Shown here: in pieces, positions 46,188 through 54,839 of the stretch
Numbering within the stretch: position 1 is the stretch's first letter
How the letters are laid out: every line of letters starts with the position of its first letter
IMG/VR virus record: IMGVR_UViG_3300036886_000214
Location: 445-64,444 of that record
Source of the DNA: a virus
Lineage: Duplodnaviria > Caudoviricetes
Direction: 5' to 3' (one strand)
DNA length: 64,000 bases
The notes under the pieces: model-generated
Seen by the model: only the letters and a program-made list of their open reading frames with translations
Told to the model about the DNA's origin: nothing
Database searches by the model: none
Position numbers and translations under genes: made by a program

Positions 46188-48609
46188 TTTTAGCTCTCCT
46201 TGCCTCTTGTTTACCCTTTAGTTCTTGAAGCTTTAAGGCGAATTCTTGCCTCAATTCTTCAAGTTCAATATCTGCTTCAACCTTATCCTCAGCCATTTCT
46301 TGCTGGATAGAATGTTTCTCCTGCTCGCCTTGATACTTAAGCATGGCTTTATAAGCCTCGGTTTCAGCTCTCAGCTTAGACTCTTCTTGTTTCATTATAG
46401 CGGCTTCTCTACGTGCTTCAATATCAGCCATCATCACTTCATTTGGATCTGGTGGCTTAGGATTGTTTTGTTGATGCTCTTGATGCAGCTGATCAGTAGC
46501 TTCTGCCGCTTTCATAGCAATATCATTCTGTAATTGCTGATCTTGTAATTGTTCCAAAGGAGGCATCTGTTGTTGCATAGCCACTTGCATTTGAAGAAGG
46601 TATTCGTAAGCCCTATGCGCATGAATATGCTCCATCATTTGGGGCTGCATATCAGGGTTTTGCTCTAAAAATTGAGTATGGACAATAATATGAGAGGCAT
46701 GGTCTTGCCAAATGTCAGCCTTCATTGGCTTGTTTTCCAAGGCATTCATATTCTCGGTAATGGGGTCTAAGGCCAGGACGTCTTTTTCAGGTATCAACAA
46801 AGTATCAATATCGCTTACATTCATTGCAGAATACATACGATGATAAGCATTCTTCATGTCATGCAATTCAGGCGCACTTTGGGCAAGACGTAAAATGGCC
46901 TCCGCTCTTAATATTCTTTGAGTGCTTGTGGTCAAATTAGGGTCTGAAGTAGGGATAATCTTAATATTTTCATTAAAATCAGCGCTAGAAATCTGATGAA
47001 CATTTCCCTGTGTTAAAAATTCATGAGGCTCCATGTAATCAGCAAATAGAGAGAATATCAGTTCTAATTCATGACCAAGAGACATATGCAATGAGCGCAA
47101 AACAGAGGATTGGACTTTATTTGCCACTTCAAGCATCGCTAAAGTGGTTCCAACGGGCGTTTCAGCATTAGATTCAGGAATTTGGGTATCAGCCGTGCCT
47201 GCGATTTGTTGTGTCTGTAATGCCAGTTCAGTTCTAAGTTCTTTTAATACTACAGAAGGCTCATTATAAGGCATGAGCATAATGGCATCTCGGATTGGCA
47301 TTCCACCCGTTTCCACATCCCAGAATTCAGACGGACCAATGGCTTTTGTGTTGTTTTCTACCCTTAAACCCTTGGCTTTCAATCCACCCGGAAAATTTTT
47401 CAGGGTTCCGGCATCGACCAACTGGCGTAAGATAGACGTTAAAGCAATTGAATTAGAGCCTAATAATTGCGACAATCCAATGCCATATAAACCAAAGCCT
47501 GGTAAATAATTGTATTGAATAAAATATTCTATTCGATTAAAGAGTGGATCGCCTTCTTTCCAATTTCTTCTAATAGAGACAATCCTCTTATTGCTAACGC
47601 AGATGGTAACAATATAGGGGAGGGGCATACCATCTTTACTGGAATCCTTTCCTAAGTCCTCAAATCCTTTGAGATCTAAATCGGTATGCACCTCATAAAA
47701 CTTAAACAATGATTTATTTTCTGAAGTAGGGGTAGAAATACCTTCGTTTTTCTTTACTAATTTTGAGGTATCAGATGAATCCAAGTCCTCATCATCACTA
47801 CGCGGCAATTCGGCGTCTCTATAGAACTCCGATTTTTGACGAAGCATGACCTCACGCTTGGTTAATTTTTCTACATGGGTCAGACGGTCAGAGCTTAAAA
47901 TAGTACGACAAGTATTGTTGACAATAAAATCCTGTGGGTCAATGAATCTTGATTTTGGCATTCTTGTCATCGGGTCTGTGTAGACCTTTCTAAAAGCACA
48001 CCCAACAATCCCTAAATACATTAATAGACGTTCTGAATCTGGATAATAATCTTTATCTACCTTGGTCAAATAATGGTTAAGAAACTTCATAACCTTTTCG
48101 CCTTGTTCTTCTATTTCATCGGTAGACTTTCCATAAATTTCATAATTGGCTGGGCCTTTAGCGGGGAATAATTCAGCTCGTGCAGTTGACCAAAATCTTA
48201 ATAGGGCGGTAGAAAGAGTGGAATCAAATGCTGAACAACATCTAGAAAAGGGATAATCTCTGAATTCAGTGACCTTAAAGCCAAGGTAATCCATCCCCTT
48301 ATTAAAGGCATTTTCCCATTCCTTCCGGGAATTTATATCTTGATCGATATCATCTATTAGTCTGCCAGCTATTTTCTGTAAAGTGGAATCATTAATGTGT
48401 TCGGCAAGATTTTCGTTATGTTTTAATCGACGCTCTTCATCTTTTTCGGCTTCAAGTGCTTCATCAATGATTTCGAAAATAGAAGTTCCGTCAGGAGTTT
48501 CTTCTATTTTGTTAAATTTAGAGGTGCCTGGGGAAGAAGGCGCGGGCGATACGGCACCACCAGATGCAAAATTATCTATATTAAAAAAATTAGAGCCCAT
48601 TCCTGGCAT
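46174..48609 (-). CDS. portal protein (P22-like, long barrel)
   Basis: HNENLAE, SRKEWE, ARAELFPAKGP, GFGLYGIGL, RQLVDAGTL.N.PGG, PVGTTLAMLE; C-terminal coiled coil. Confidence 0.88.
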   Translation of the reverse strand: MPGMGSNFFNIDNFASGGAVSPAPSSPGTSKFNKIEETPDGTSIFEIIDEALEAEKDEERRLKHNENLAEHINDSTLQKIAGRLIDDIDQDINSRKEWENAFNKGMDYLGFKVTEFRDYPFSRCCSAFDSTLSTALLRFWSTARAELFPAKGPANYEIYGKSTDEIEEQGEKVMKFLNHYLTKVDKDYYPDSERLLMYLGIVGCAFRKVYTDPMTRMPKSRFIDPQDFIVNNTCRTILSSDRLTHVEKLTKREVMLRQKSEFYRDAELPRSDDEDLDSSDTSKLVKKNEGISTPTSENKSLFKFYEVHTDLDLKGFEDLGKDSSKDGMPLPYIVTICVSNKRIVSIRRNWKEGDPLFNRIEYFIQYNYLPGFGLYGIGLSQLLGSNSIALTSILRQLVDAGTLKNFPGGLKAKGLRVENNTKAIGPSEFWDVETGGMPIRDAIMLMPYNEPSVVLKELRTELALQTQQIAGTADTQIPESNAETPVGTTLAMLEVANKVQSSVLRSLHMSLGHELELIFSLFADYMEPHEFLTQGNVHQISSADFNENIKIIPTSDPNLTTSTQRILRAEAILRLAQSAPELHDMKNAYHRMYSAMNVSDIDTLLIPEKDVLALDPITENMNALENKPMKADIWQDHASHIIVHTQFLEQNPDMQPQMMEHIHAHRAYEYLLQMQVAMQQQMPPLEQLQDQQLQNDIAMKAAEATDQLHQEHQQNNPKPPDPNEVMMADIEARREAAIMKQEESKLRAETEAYKAMLKYQGEQEKHSIQQEMAEDKVEADIELEELRQEFALKLQELKGKQEARRAKSGTK

Positions 48610-48702
48610 TAGTATTCAACAATCCGTGTTGAGATAAGAAGAGTGTATATTACAGAGCGAATTCTAACAACTCTTTAATCAATTTAGACTTGTCCGAGTT
48701 GT

Positions 48703-49260
48703 GTGTCAAATATTCATATGGTATCTTTAGCCCTGAAGGTTTCGTTAAGGATGATGAAGCCAAAGTTTACAAGGATGATTATGCTTACACCGATAAGTGC
48801 TCCTCTTTTGGAACATATCAATTTTGCGATCAAGAACCGAAAGAATAAAACTAAAGTCCTAAAAAACATATATAAAGAATACCAGATAACAGAGCTGAGT
48901 GACTTAACTGAGAAAGACGGGGATGAATTACTTCATATTTTGGATGAAGAGGCGTACCATCTTTACCAATTTGATGAGCACGTCAAAAATAACCCCTCTA
49001 AATATCTAGAAATTCACAAATCCTATAAATATCGGGTGATTTCTAAAAAAATAAGCGTCAGCGTTTATTCGGTAAATGACAACAGCATCTTTCAACCACT
49101 CGAGACCATTGAAAAGCATTCTTACTTAGCAGTTGTGGTGATAGAACTCTTACCATCGACAGAATCTTGTCATTATTTAAGCAAAATAAAGAATTTGGCC
49201 AACCTCATTAAGATATGTTCTTGGGCCAACGCAATCGATTTATTGGAAAAATTCACCTAA
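48703..49260 (+). CDS. hypothetical protein
   Basis: 185-aa ORF between portal and TerL; start uncertain. Confidence 0.45.
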   Translation: MSNIHMVSLALKVSLRMMKPKFTRMIMLTPISAPLLEHINFAIKNRKNKTKVLKNIYKEYQITELSDLTEKDGDELLHILDEEAYHLYQFDEHVKNNPSKYLEIHKSYKYRVISKKISVSVYSVNDNSIFQPLETIEKHSYLAVVVIELLPSTESCHYLSKIKNLANLIKICSWANAIDLLEKFT

Positions 49261-49281
49261 TCATTCACGACAAGGATTGTC

Positions 49282-50877
49282 ATGATCGATACCAAAAAAC
49301 AGCAAATAGAAATTGCTGAAGAATTGCTTTTGCGAGCGCAAGCAAAAGAAAGCTTCTATGAGTTCGTTAAGCAATCCTGGAGAGAAGTGGAAGGGGATAG
49401 GCCCTATATAGACAGTTGGCATATTAAAGCCTTCTGCGACCACCTAGAGGCAGTCACAAGAGGCGAAGTAAGAAGGTTGTTAGTTAACCAACCACCTCGT
49501 TGTATGAAATCTACCTTACTTGCTGTAATGTGGCCAGCTTGGGTCTGGATAACCTACCCAGAAAAACAATTCTTATTTGCCTCTTATGCATTACAGCTCT
49601 CCATCAGAGACTCAGTGAAATGCCGTCGATTAATCGAATCTACATGGTATCAATCGCGCTGGGGTGATGTTTATAAACTTTCAGGTGACCAAAATGCCAA
49701 GATGCGATTCGAAAACGATAAATCTGGAATCCGGCTTTCATCATCCATTGAAGGATCCTCAACTGGCGAAGGTGGTGATTATATAATCGGGGACGATTTA
49801 AATAATGCAAAAGACGGTGAATCTGAAGTAACGAGAGATTCAACTAATGATTGGTTTGATAGAGTATTTTCAACACGATTAAATGACCCTAAAACTGGGT
49901 GCATCGTTATCCAACAACAAAGATTACATGCTTCTGACGTCTCAGGCCATATTATGGCTAATGACACCACGAATGTTTGGGTTAAATTCATATTGCCAAT
50001 GGAATATGAAAAGGCACGACATTGCAAAACAATTCCACTTCCAGGAACTAACGGAAAACCTTGGCAAGACCCAAGAACAAAAGAAGGCGAACTACTTTGG
50101 CCAGATAGAATTGGACCGAAAGAACTTATAGATTTAAAGCAAAATCTTGGTTCTGAATATGCCATTGCGGGACAATTGCAACAGAGACCAGCGCCTAGCG
50201 CGGGTGGAATTATAAAAAAGGCTCATTTTAAATGGTGGAAAAATTCACGACCACCTCAATTAGAGCATGTCATCCAAAGTTGGGACACCGCCCTTGAAGC
50301 TAATGAATCCAATTGTTATTCGGCTTGTACTACATGGGGTCTTTTTTTAGACAACAATGCAATGATGAATATCATTTTATTGAGTCTCTGGAGGGGAAAA
50401 TTAGAATATCCAGACCTAAGAAAAATGGCTCAGAGACTTTACGCCGATTATAGGGATGATAATCTTTATACAACAATTAAGCCCGATGGAAATCATATCC
50501 CTGACGTAGTCTTAATTGAAGCAAAGGTTTCCGGAATATCCTTAGTACAAGATTTAATGAGAGCCGGAATTGCAGCCATTCGTTTTGATCCGAATAGGTA
50601 TGGGGACAAAATATTGAGGGTTAGGTCTGTTACCCATCTAATAGAATCGGGGAGGGTATGGCTGCCATCAAAACCACCTGATTATACAAAGTTAAGGAAT
50701 TTTGCAGATGTTTTCATTGAAAATTGCGCAATATTTCCTAATGGGGATAGTAGAGACGTTGTGGATACAATGACACAAGTATTACTTAGATTAAATGCAA
50801 GTGGTTGGTTGACCAATCCTTCGGACAGAGACACCAGAGACACGTCTATTGCGGCTCCATCCGAAGCATTTTATTAA
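49282..50877 (+). CDS. terL: terminase large subunit
   Basis: LLVNQPPRCMKS Walker A, IIGDD Walker B, QQRLH, QLQQRP, SWDTA, DVVDT nuclease. Confidence 0.93.
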   Translation: MIDTKKQQIEIAEELLLRAQAKESFYEFVKQSWREVEGDRPYIDSWHIKAFCDHLEAVTRGEVRRLLVNQPPRCMKSTLLAVMWPAWVWITYPEKQFLFASYALQLSIRDSVKCRRLIESTWYQSRWGDVYKLSGDQNAKMRFENDKSGIRLSSSIEGSSTGEGGDYIIGDDLNNAKDGESEVTRDSTNDWFDRVFSTRLNDPKTGCIVIQQQRLHASDVSGHIMANDTTNVWVKFILPMEYEKARHCKTIPLPGTNGKPWQDPRTKEGELLWPDRIGPKELIDLKQNLGSEYAIAGQLQQRPAPSAGGIIKKAHFKWWKNSRPPQLEHVIQSWDTALEANESNCYSACTTWGLFLDNNAMMNIILLSLWRGKLEYPDLRKMAQRLYADYRDDNLYTTIKPDGNHIPDVVLIEAKVSGISLVQDLMRAGIAAIRFDPNRYGDKILRVRSVTHLIESGRVWLPSKPPDYTKLRNFADVFIENCAIFPNGDSRDVVDTMTQVLLRLNASGWLTNPSDRDTRDTSIAAPSEAFY

Positions 50878-51521
50878 AAATCGTGAACTAAACCTACACC
50901 CATTGTCCAGGTATCTAAGGGCTTGATCGTTTGCGCATGGATTTGGCTGGTAGAGCGATTGGCAAATTGCATAGTCTTAGTGTTTTCCCAGATAAGAGAA
51001 CCGCGAATTTTCCAGCTTTCTGCCAAAGGAACATGGATACCAGCCATGGCGCGAGGCATCGATTTTTTATGTTTAAATTGATCAGATTTTGGTGTTTGGT
51101 TAGTATAATTGGCTCGAAGGAAGGAAACCCCGAAACCGGCCAACAACTCTAAGCCAGGATTATTAAAGATAGGTAAAAAACCTACAACATCTAAATGATG
51201 ACCTTGATGCACTAATTCACTATTGGTTCTATCTTGTCTCTTTGTCTTGCCTTGATGGTAACCGGTTTCAACCCCAAGAAATTCACCAAGTTTTAATCCT
51301 AAGAGCGCATGCTGAGAAAATAAATGTCGTTCATATAAATTAGCTCCAGAGTGGTCGTAATGCCCTGTGTAACGTTTTTGCATTTCGACACCCATATATG
51401 GCTTTAAGGTTGGGGAATCGATTATGGGCTCAGCATGAGCGTGTGAAACGAAAATAGCGATGATGCCTGCTGCTAAGGTTAAAAGATAAAATTTGATCTG
51501 ATCCATTTGATTCAACTCCAT
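50874..51521 (-). CDS. OmpA-like outer-membrane beta-barrel protein
   Basis: Signal peptide (AHA-E), FLGVETGY, DVVGFLPI, terminal Phe. Confidence 0.8.
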   Translation of the reverse strand: MELNQMDQIKFYLLTLAAGIIAIFVSHAHAEPIIDSPTLKPYMGVEMQKRYTGHYDHSGANLYERHLFSQHALLGLKLGEFLGVETGYHQGKTKRQDRTNSELVHQGHHLDVVGFLPIFNNPGLELLAGFGVSFLRANYTNQTPKSDQFKHKKSMPRAMAGIHVPLAESWKIRGSLIWENTKTMQFANRSTSQIHAQTIKPLDTWTMGVGLVHDF

Positions 51522-51614
51522 TAGGTTTTAGAAAATTAACTTATTCAGCATAGAACGATTTATAGACAAATTCAAGTTAATTGGTTATCTAATCGACTAT
51601 TCATGGGGAATATG

Positions 51615-51636
51615 AAAAAGGCCCCGGAAAGGGGCC
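51615..51636 (-). terminator. intrinsic terminator
   Basis: GGCCCC-TTTCC-GGGGCC-TTTTT on minus strand. Confidence 0.75.
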
Positions 51637-51644
51637 ATATCGTG

Positions 51645-52190
51645 TTAATCTAGAAGGTCTGTGGTGGCGTTTACCACTTCAAGTTCAGCGTTAATTAAAT
51701 GATTCTCGCCTGCATACAAGGCTATCATTTTGTCTCTTTGCTCTATATCAAAGTGCAATACCATCGTTAATTTAAAATCTGGCGCTCCTGCTACTGAATT
51801 TTTAGACAAACCGGTTTGAAGGTTCTTGGTTGAAAGACAAGACCAAGTTTTATGATCGATTTTTGAGTATTCCCGTCGACGCCAAACCCATTCTGCAATC
51901 GATTTTGTCACATCTTTCTTGTCCATTGTGATTGTAACCATGGTTGCCAAATTAGTTTTCTGAATACGGCATAGTAAATCCACATTGTCTCTTGTTAAAT
52001 CACAGGCAGCCTGAACCCATCCTTGAACAATTTCGGTGGTCTTTTCATTACTGCCATATGCAGAAGGCTCATGCTCATAATTAACCGCATATTGATAAAT
52101 CTTTTGCTGCAAATCAGCAATTTTTTCCTTATTTGCCACGATTTTCTTCATGGCGTGGATGATTTTCATATTTTTTGGGGCTTCGCTCAT
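51645..52190 (-). CDS. DIP1984-like coiled-coil protein
   Basis: MKIIHAM...RIQKTNLAT...SIAEWVWRR...FDIEQRDK...INAELEVVNATTDL pattern recalls DIP1984 family. Confidence 0.6.
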   Translation of the reverse strand: MSEAPKNMKIIHAMKKIVANKEKIADLQQKIYQYAVNYEHEPSAYGSNEKTTEIVQGWVQAACDLTRDNVDLLCRIQKTNLATMVTITMDKKDVTKSIAEWVWRRREYSKIDHKTWSCLSTKNLQTGLSKNSVAGAPDFKLTMVLHFDIEQRDKMIALYAGENHLINAELEVVNATTDLLD

Positions 52191-52216
52191 ATGGATACTC
52201 CGTTAAAGTTAAAAAA

Positions 52217-52498
52217 TGGTTGCCTGCGTAGGGAAGCCTAGAAAGTTCCGACCTTAATATACAAACTTAACTTGTCCTAGGACATTCGTTTAGCTGTCTT
52301 GACCCTTGATTCTAAAAACTTTCTAAAATTAATACTTACTTACGTAAATCTTGCTTTCTTGAGTCTTAAGGGTTTTTCACCGTGACCGGGTGTTTGTTGA
52401 AATAGTGGGATTTGAACCCACGTCTTCCGGCTTAAGAGGCCAGCGAGCTAACCAGACTGCTCTATATTTCAGTTATCAGCTTTCAAGGCTGTTGCAGA
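52217..52498 (-). ncRNA. putative ~280-nt RNA with embedded tRNA, YAAG repeats and ACCA 3' end
   Basis: Non-coding; ends GCAGGCA-A-CCA-T6; 10 YAAG tetramers in 52253-52368; several helices. Confidence 0.5.
52397..52471 (-). tRNA. tRNA(CTT) (Lys anticodon) on initiator-like body, no CCA
   Basis: TGAAATA/TATTTCA; D-arm GAGC-AGTCTGGTTA-GCTC; loop CTCTTAA; TTCAAAT; followed by CAA. Confidence 0.8.
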
Positions 52499-52576
52499 TT
52501 TAAAGTCCCTGCCGACCGTATATTTCCTCGGTTTTATCTCCTAGCATCAACCGATTTCATGCTATCATTAGGATAA

Positions 52577-52996
52577 TTGATAAGCAAGGAAGGATTCATG
52601 GAAGAGCCTCCAAAAATAGATTCTGTAGCGCCGGTTCCCCCAAAAAGGATCTATGGTAGGCCCATTCAAAAAGGAATGGTGCTTAACCCATCCGGTAGAC
52701 CCAAAGATATAGGTAGGGTGCGTGAATTGGCCAAAGAATTCACGCGTGAGGCAATCGAAACCATCATAGATTTAATGCTTTGCCCGGAAGAAAAAGGCTC
52801 TGTAAGGCTTGCGGCGGCAGAAGCAATTCTCTCAAGAGGTTGGGGCAGGCCAGAACAATCCCTTAACGTTACGCATAACGAAGTTCCCATTGAACAACGC
52901 ACAACTTATGACCTCATTCGAATATTAGATGAATTAAAAGGTGAGGGGAGGGGCGAGCTTATAGAAGCGGAATTAATCGAAGATGCGAAAACCTAA
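52577..52996 (+). CDS. putative terminase small subunit (DUF5681-like)
   Basis: KGMVLNPSGRPK and RLAAAEAILSRGWGRP; start may be ATG 52598. Confidence 0.65.
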   Translation: MISKEGFMEEPPKIDSVAPVPPKRIYGRPIQKGMVLNPSGRPKDIGRVRELAKEFTREAIETIIDLMLCPEEKGSVRLAAAEAILSRGWGRPEQSLNVTHNEVPIEQRTTYDLIRILDELKGEGRGELIEAELIEDAKT

Positions 52997-53287
52997 AGAA
53001 AAATGTGAACGATGTCGGTTATTAATTTATTTAAAAAACTATTATAAAAAAAGAGCAAAAAGCAGATATTGGGCGTATTGGATTGAGAGAAATAATTGCG
53101 AATGTTAATTCCCGCATTCCCTCCATAGGGTGCTCGACGTCCATCACAGAAATCGTTACAATACGAAGGGCTTACAGGTTTATTCCGTTAGAATCCAAAT
53201 TAGGGTTCTTACGAATAGTGTAGAACGGAAATTTTGGGATAGCAAGAAATATTTGTTGTTATTTGGATTACTTTTTGAGGGTTTATT

Positions 53288-54148
53288 ATGCGATTGGCTT
53301 GGCTCACAGACATTCATTTGAACTTTTTAAACTATGCTCAAAGAACAGCTTTCTACGATTTGATTCTGGAAAAAAATCCAGAGGCCATTTTAATTACGGG
53401 TGATATATCTGAAGCGCCAAAATTGAATGATGTTTTAGAAGAAATGGGTGATTACTTAAATGTTGGTATAAATAAAACTGGATATCATCGGCCTATTTAT
53501 TTTGTCCTAGGAAATCACGATTTTTATCACAGCAGCATTAAGAGCGTGCGTGAAAATATAATAGAAATAGCGGGCGGTTATCTTAAATATTTAAGAGATT
53601 CTTTGCCAGTTTATCTCACAAAATCTACAAGTCTAATAGGTATTGATTGCTTTGCTGACGGACGAGCAGGGAATTATCACACCACTAGAATCAGAATGAA
53701 TGACCACAGTTTTATTGAAGAATTTAATCATGCGCGTATTTGTTCTAATAACGATTTACTAAAAGAAATGCAGGAACAATCTGAGGGTGATAATGCTGAG
53801 TTACTTTTAACAATGTATGCATTAAAACAAGGGGAAATGCCGAAAAATTTAATCATTATGATGCACGTCCCACCCTTTGAAGAATGTTGTTTATATGGCA
53901 ACAAGAAAAGCGACGCAGATTTCTTGCCCTTCTATTGCTCCGTAAAAACAGGGGAAATACTTTTATCTATTGCAGAAAAACATCCTGAGACTAATTTCCT
54001 AGTCCTTTGCGGCCATACTCATAGCAAAGCGATTTATCAGCCCCTTCCAAATTTAACCGTTAGGGTTGGTGAAGCTGAATATACAGAACCCAGGATTAAT
54101 ATGCTAGAAATTAAAGAAGATGGGGCAATAGTTTTCGACGATGAATAA
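53288..54148 (+). CDS. calcineurin-like metallophosphoesterase
   Basis: TDIH, TGD, GNHD, HVPP, GHTH motifs. Confidence 0.92.
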   Translation: MRLAWLTDIHLNFLNYAQRTAFYDLILEKNPEAILITGDISEAPKLNDVLEEMGDYLNVGINKTGYHRPIYFVLGNHDFYHSSIKSVRENIIEIAGGYLKYLRDSLPVYLTKSTSLIGIDCFADGRAGNYHTTRIRMNDHSFIEEFNHARICSNNDLLKEMQEQSEGDNAELLLTMYALKQGEMPKNLIIMMHVPPFEECCLYGNKKSDADFLPFYCSVKTGEILLSIAEKHPETNFLVLCGHTHSKAIYQPLPNLTVRVGEAEYTEPRINMLEIKEDGAIVFDDE

Positions 54149-54665
54149 AAAAGATGCTTCTAAAAAACTGTGTTGGTTGCTGCGTCATGCGCAACCTCTT
54201 TCGAAAGAAATTGACTCAGAAGGGTTTGTTTCAATTGCAAAACTTATAGAAATTTCAGAAATAACTTTAGAGCAAATAGACTCGATCGTCGAAGAAGACA
54301 AGAAAAATCGATATGAAATTAGAGGGGACCAAATTCGCGCTCGCTATGGACACAATAAAGATTTTGATATTGTAAAGGTTTCAGCAAACCCGCCTCCTAC
54401 AATATTCCACGGAACATCAAATGAAAATCTCGGAAATATTTTAAACTTTGGCTTGATTCCCGGAGAAAGACGCCATGTTCACTTAACTACGCTTCGTCAA
54501 TCTGCTTTAGAGGCCGGAAAAAGAAAATCAAAAATACCCATTATTCTCACGATCGATTCAGAAAAAGCCTTTGAAAATGGAATTAGTTTCTATGAAGAAG
54601 AGGATTTTGTCTGGTTAGCTGATTACATCGCATCAAAATATATCATTGGAATATCAACGTTTTAA
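54141..54665 (+). CDS. kptA: RNA 2'-phosphotransferase (Tpt1/KptA family)
   Basis: LRH, DKKNRY, IRARYGH, FHGT, GL.P..RRHVHL, VWLADYI. Confidence 0.92.
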   Translation: MNKKDASKKLCWLLRHAQPLSKEIDSEGFVSIAKLIEISEITLEQIDSIVEEDKKNRYEIRGDQIRARYGHNKDFDIVKVSANPPPTIFHGTSNENLGNILNFGLIPGERRHVHLTTLRQSALEAGKRKSKIPIILTIDSEKAFENGISFYEEEDFVWLADYIASKYIIGISTF

Positions 54666-54678
54666 TATATAATAATAT

Positions 54679-54748
54679 GTGGCATCCCGTAGAATCCAAT
54701 TCTATTGGTATTGACCCAATCTACCTCGGTGAGAGCCGGGGGTGCCGC
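54679..54748 (+). ncRNA. tRNA-like mini-RNA lacking a canonical D-arm
   Basis: GTGGCAT/GTGCCGC stem, ATTGG-7nt-CCAAT arm, CTCGG-TGAGAG-CCGGG arm. Confidence 0.45.
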
Positions 54749-54750
54749 TT

Positions 54751-54834
54751 CGGTTTGTGGGTGATTGGATAAACCAGGAGACTGTAAATCTCCCGCCTCT
54801 GGCTTACTTGGTTCGATTCCAGGCTGACCGACCA
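54751..54834 (+). tRNA. tRNA-Tyr(GTA), long variable arm, C1:G72
   Basis: GGAGA-CTGTAAA-TCTCC; TTCGATT; A73-CCA. Confidence 0.88.
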
Positions 54835-54839
54835 GTTTA

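Noticed and set aside
18906-48609. Numerous plus-strand ORFs within the virion module
   Set aside because: Antisense shadows of long minus-strand genes without SD or motifs.
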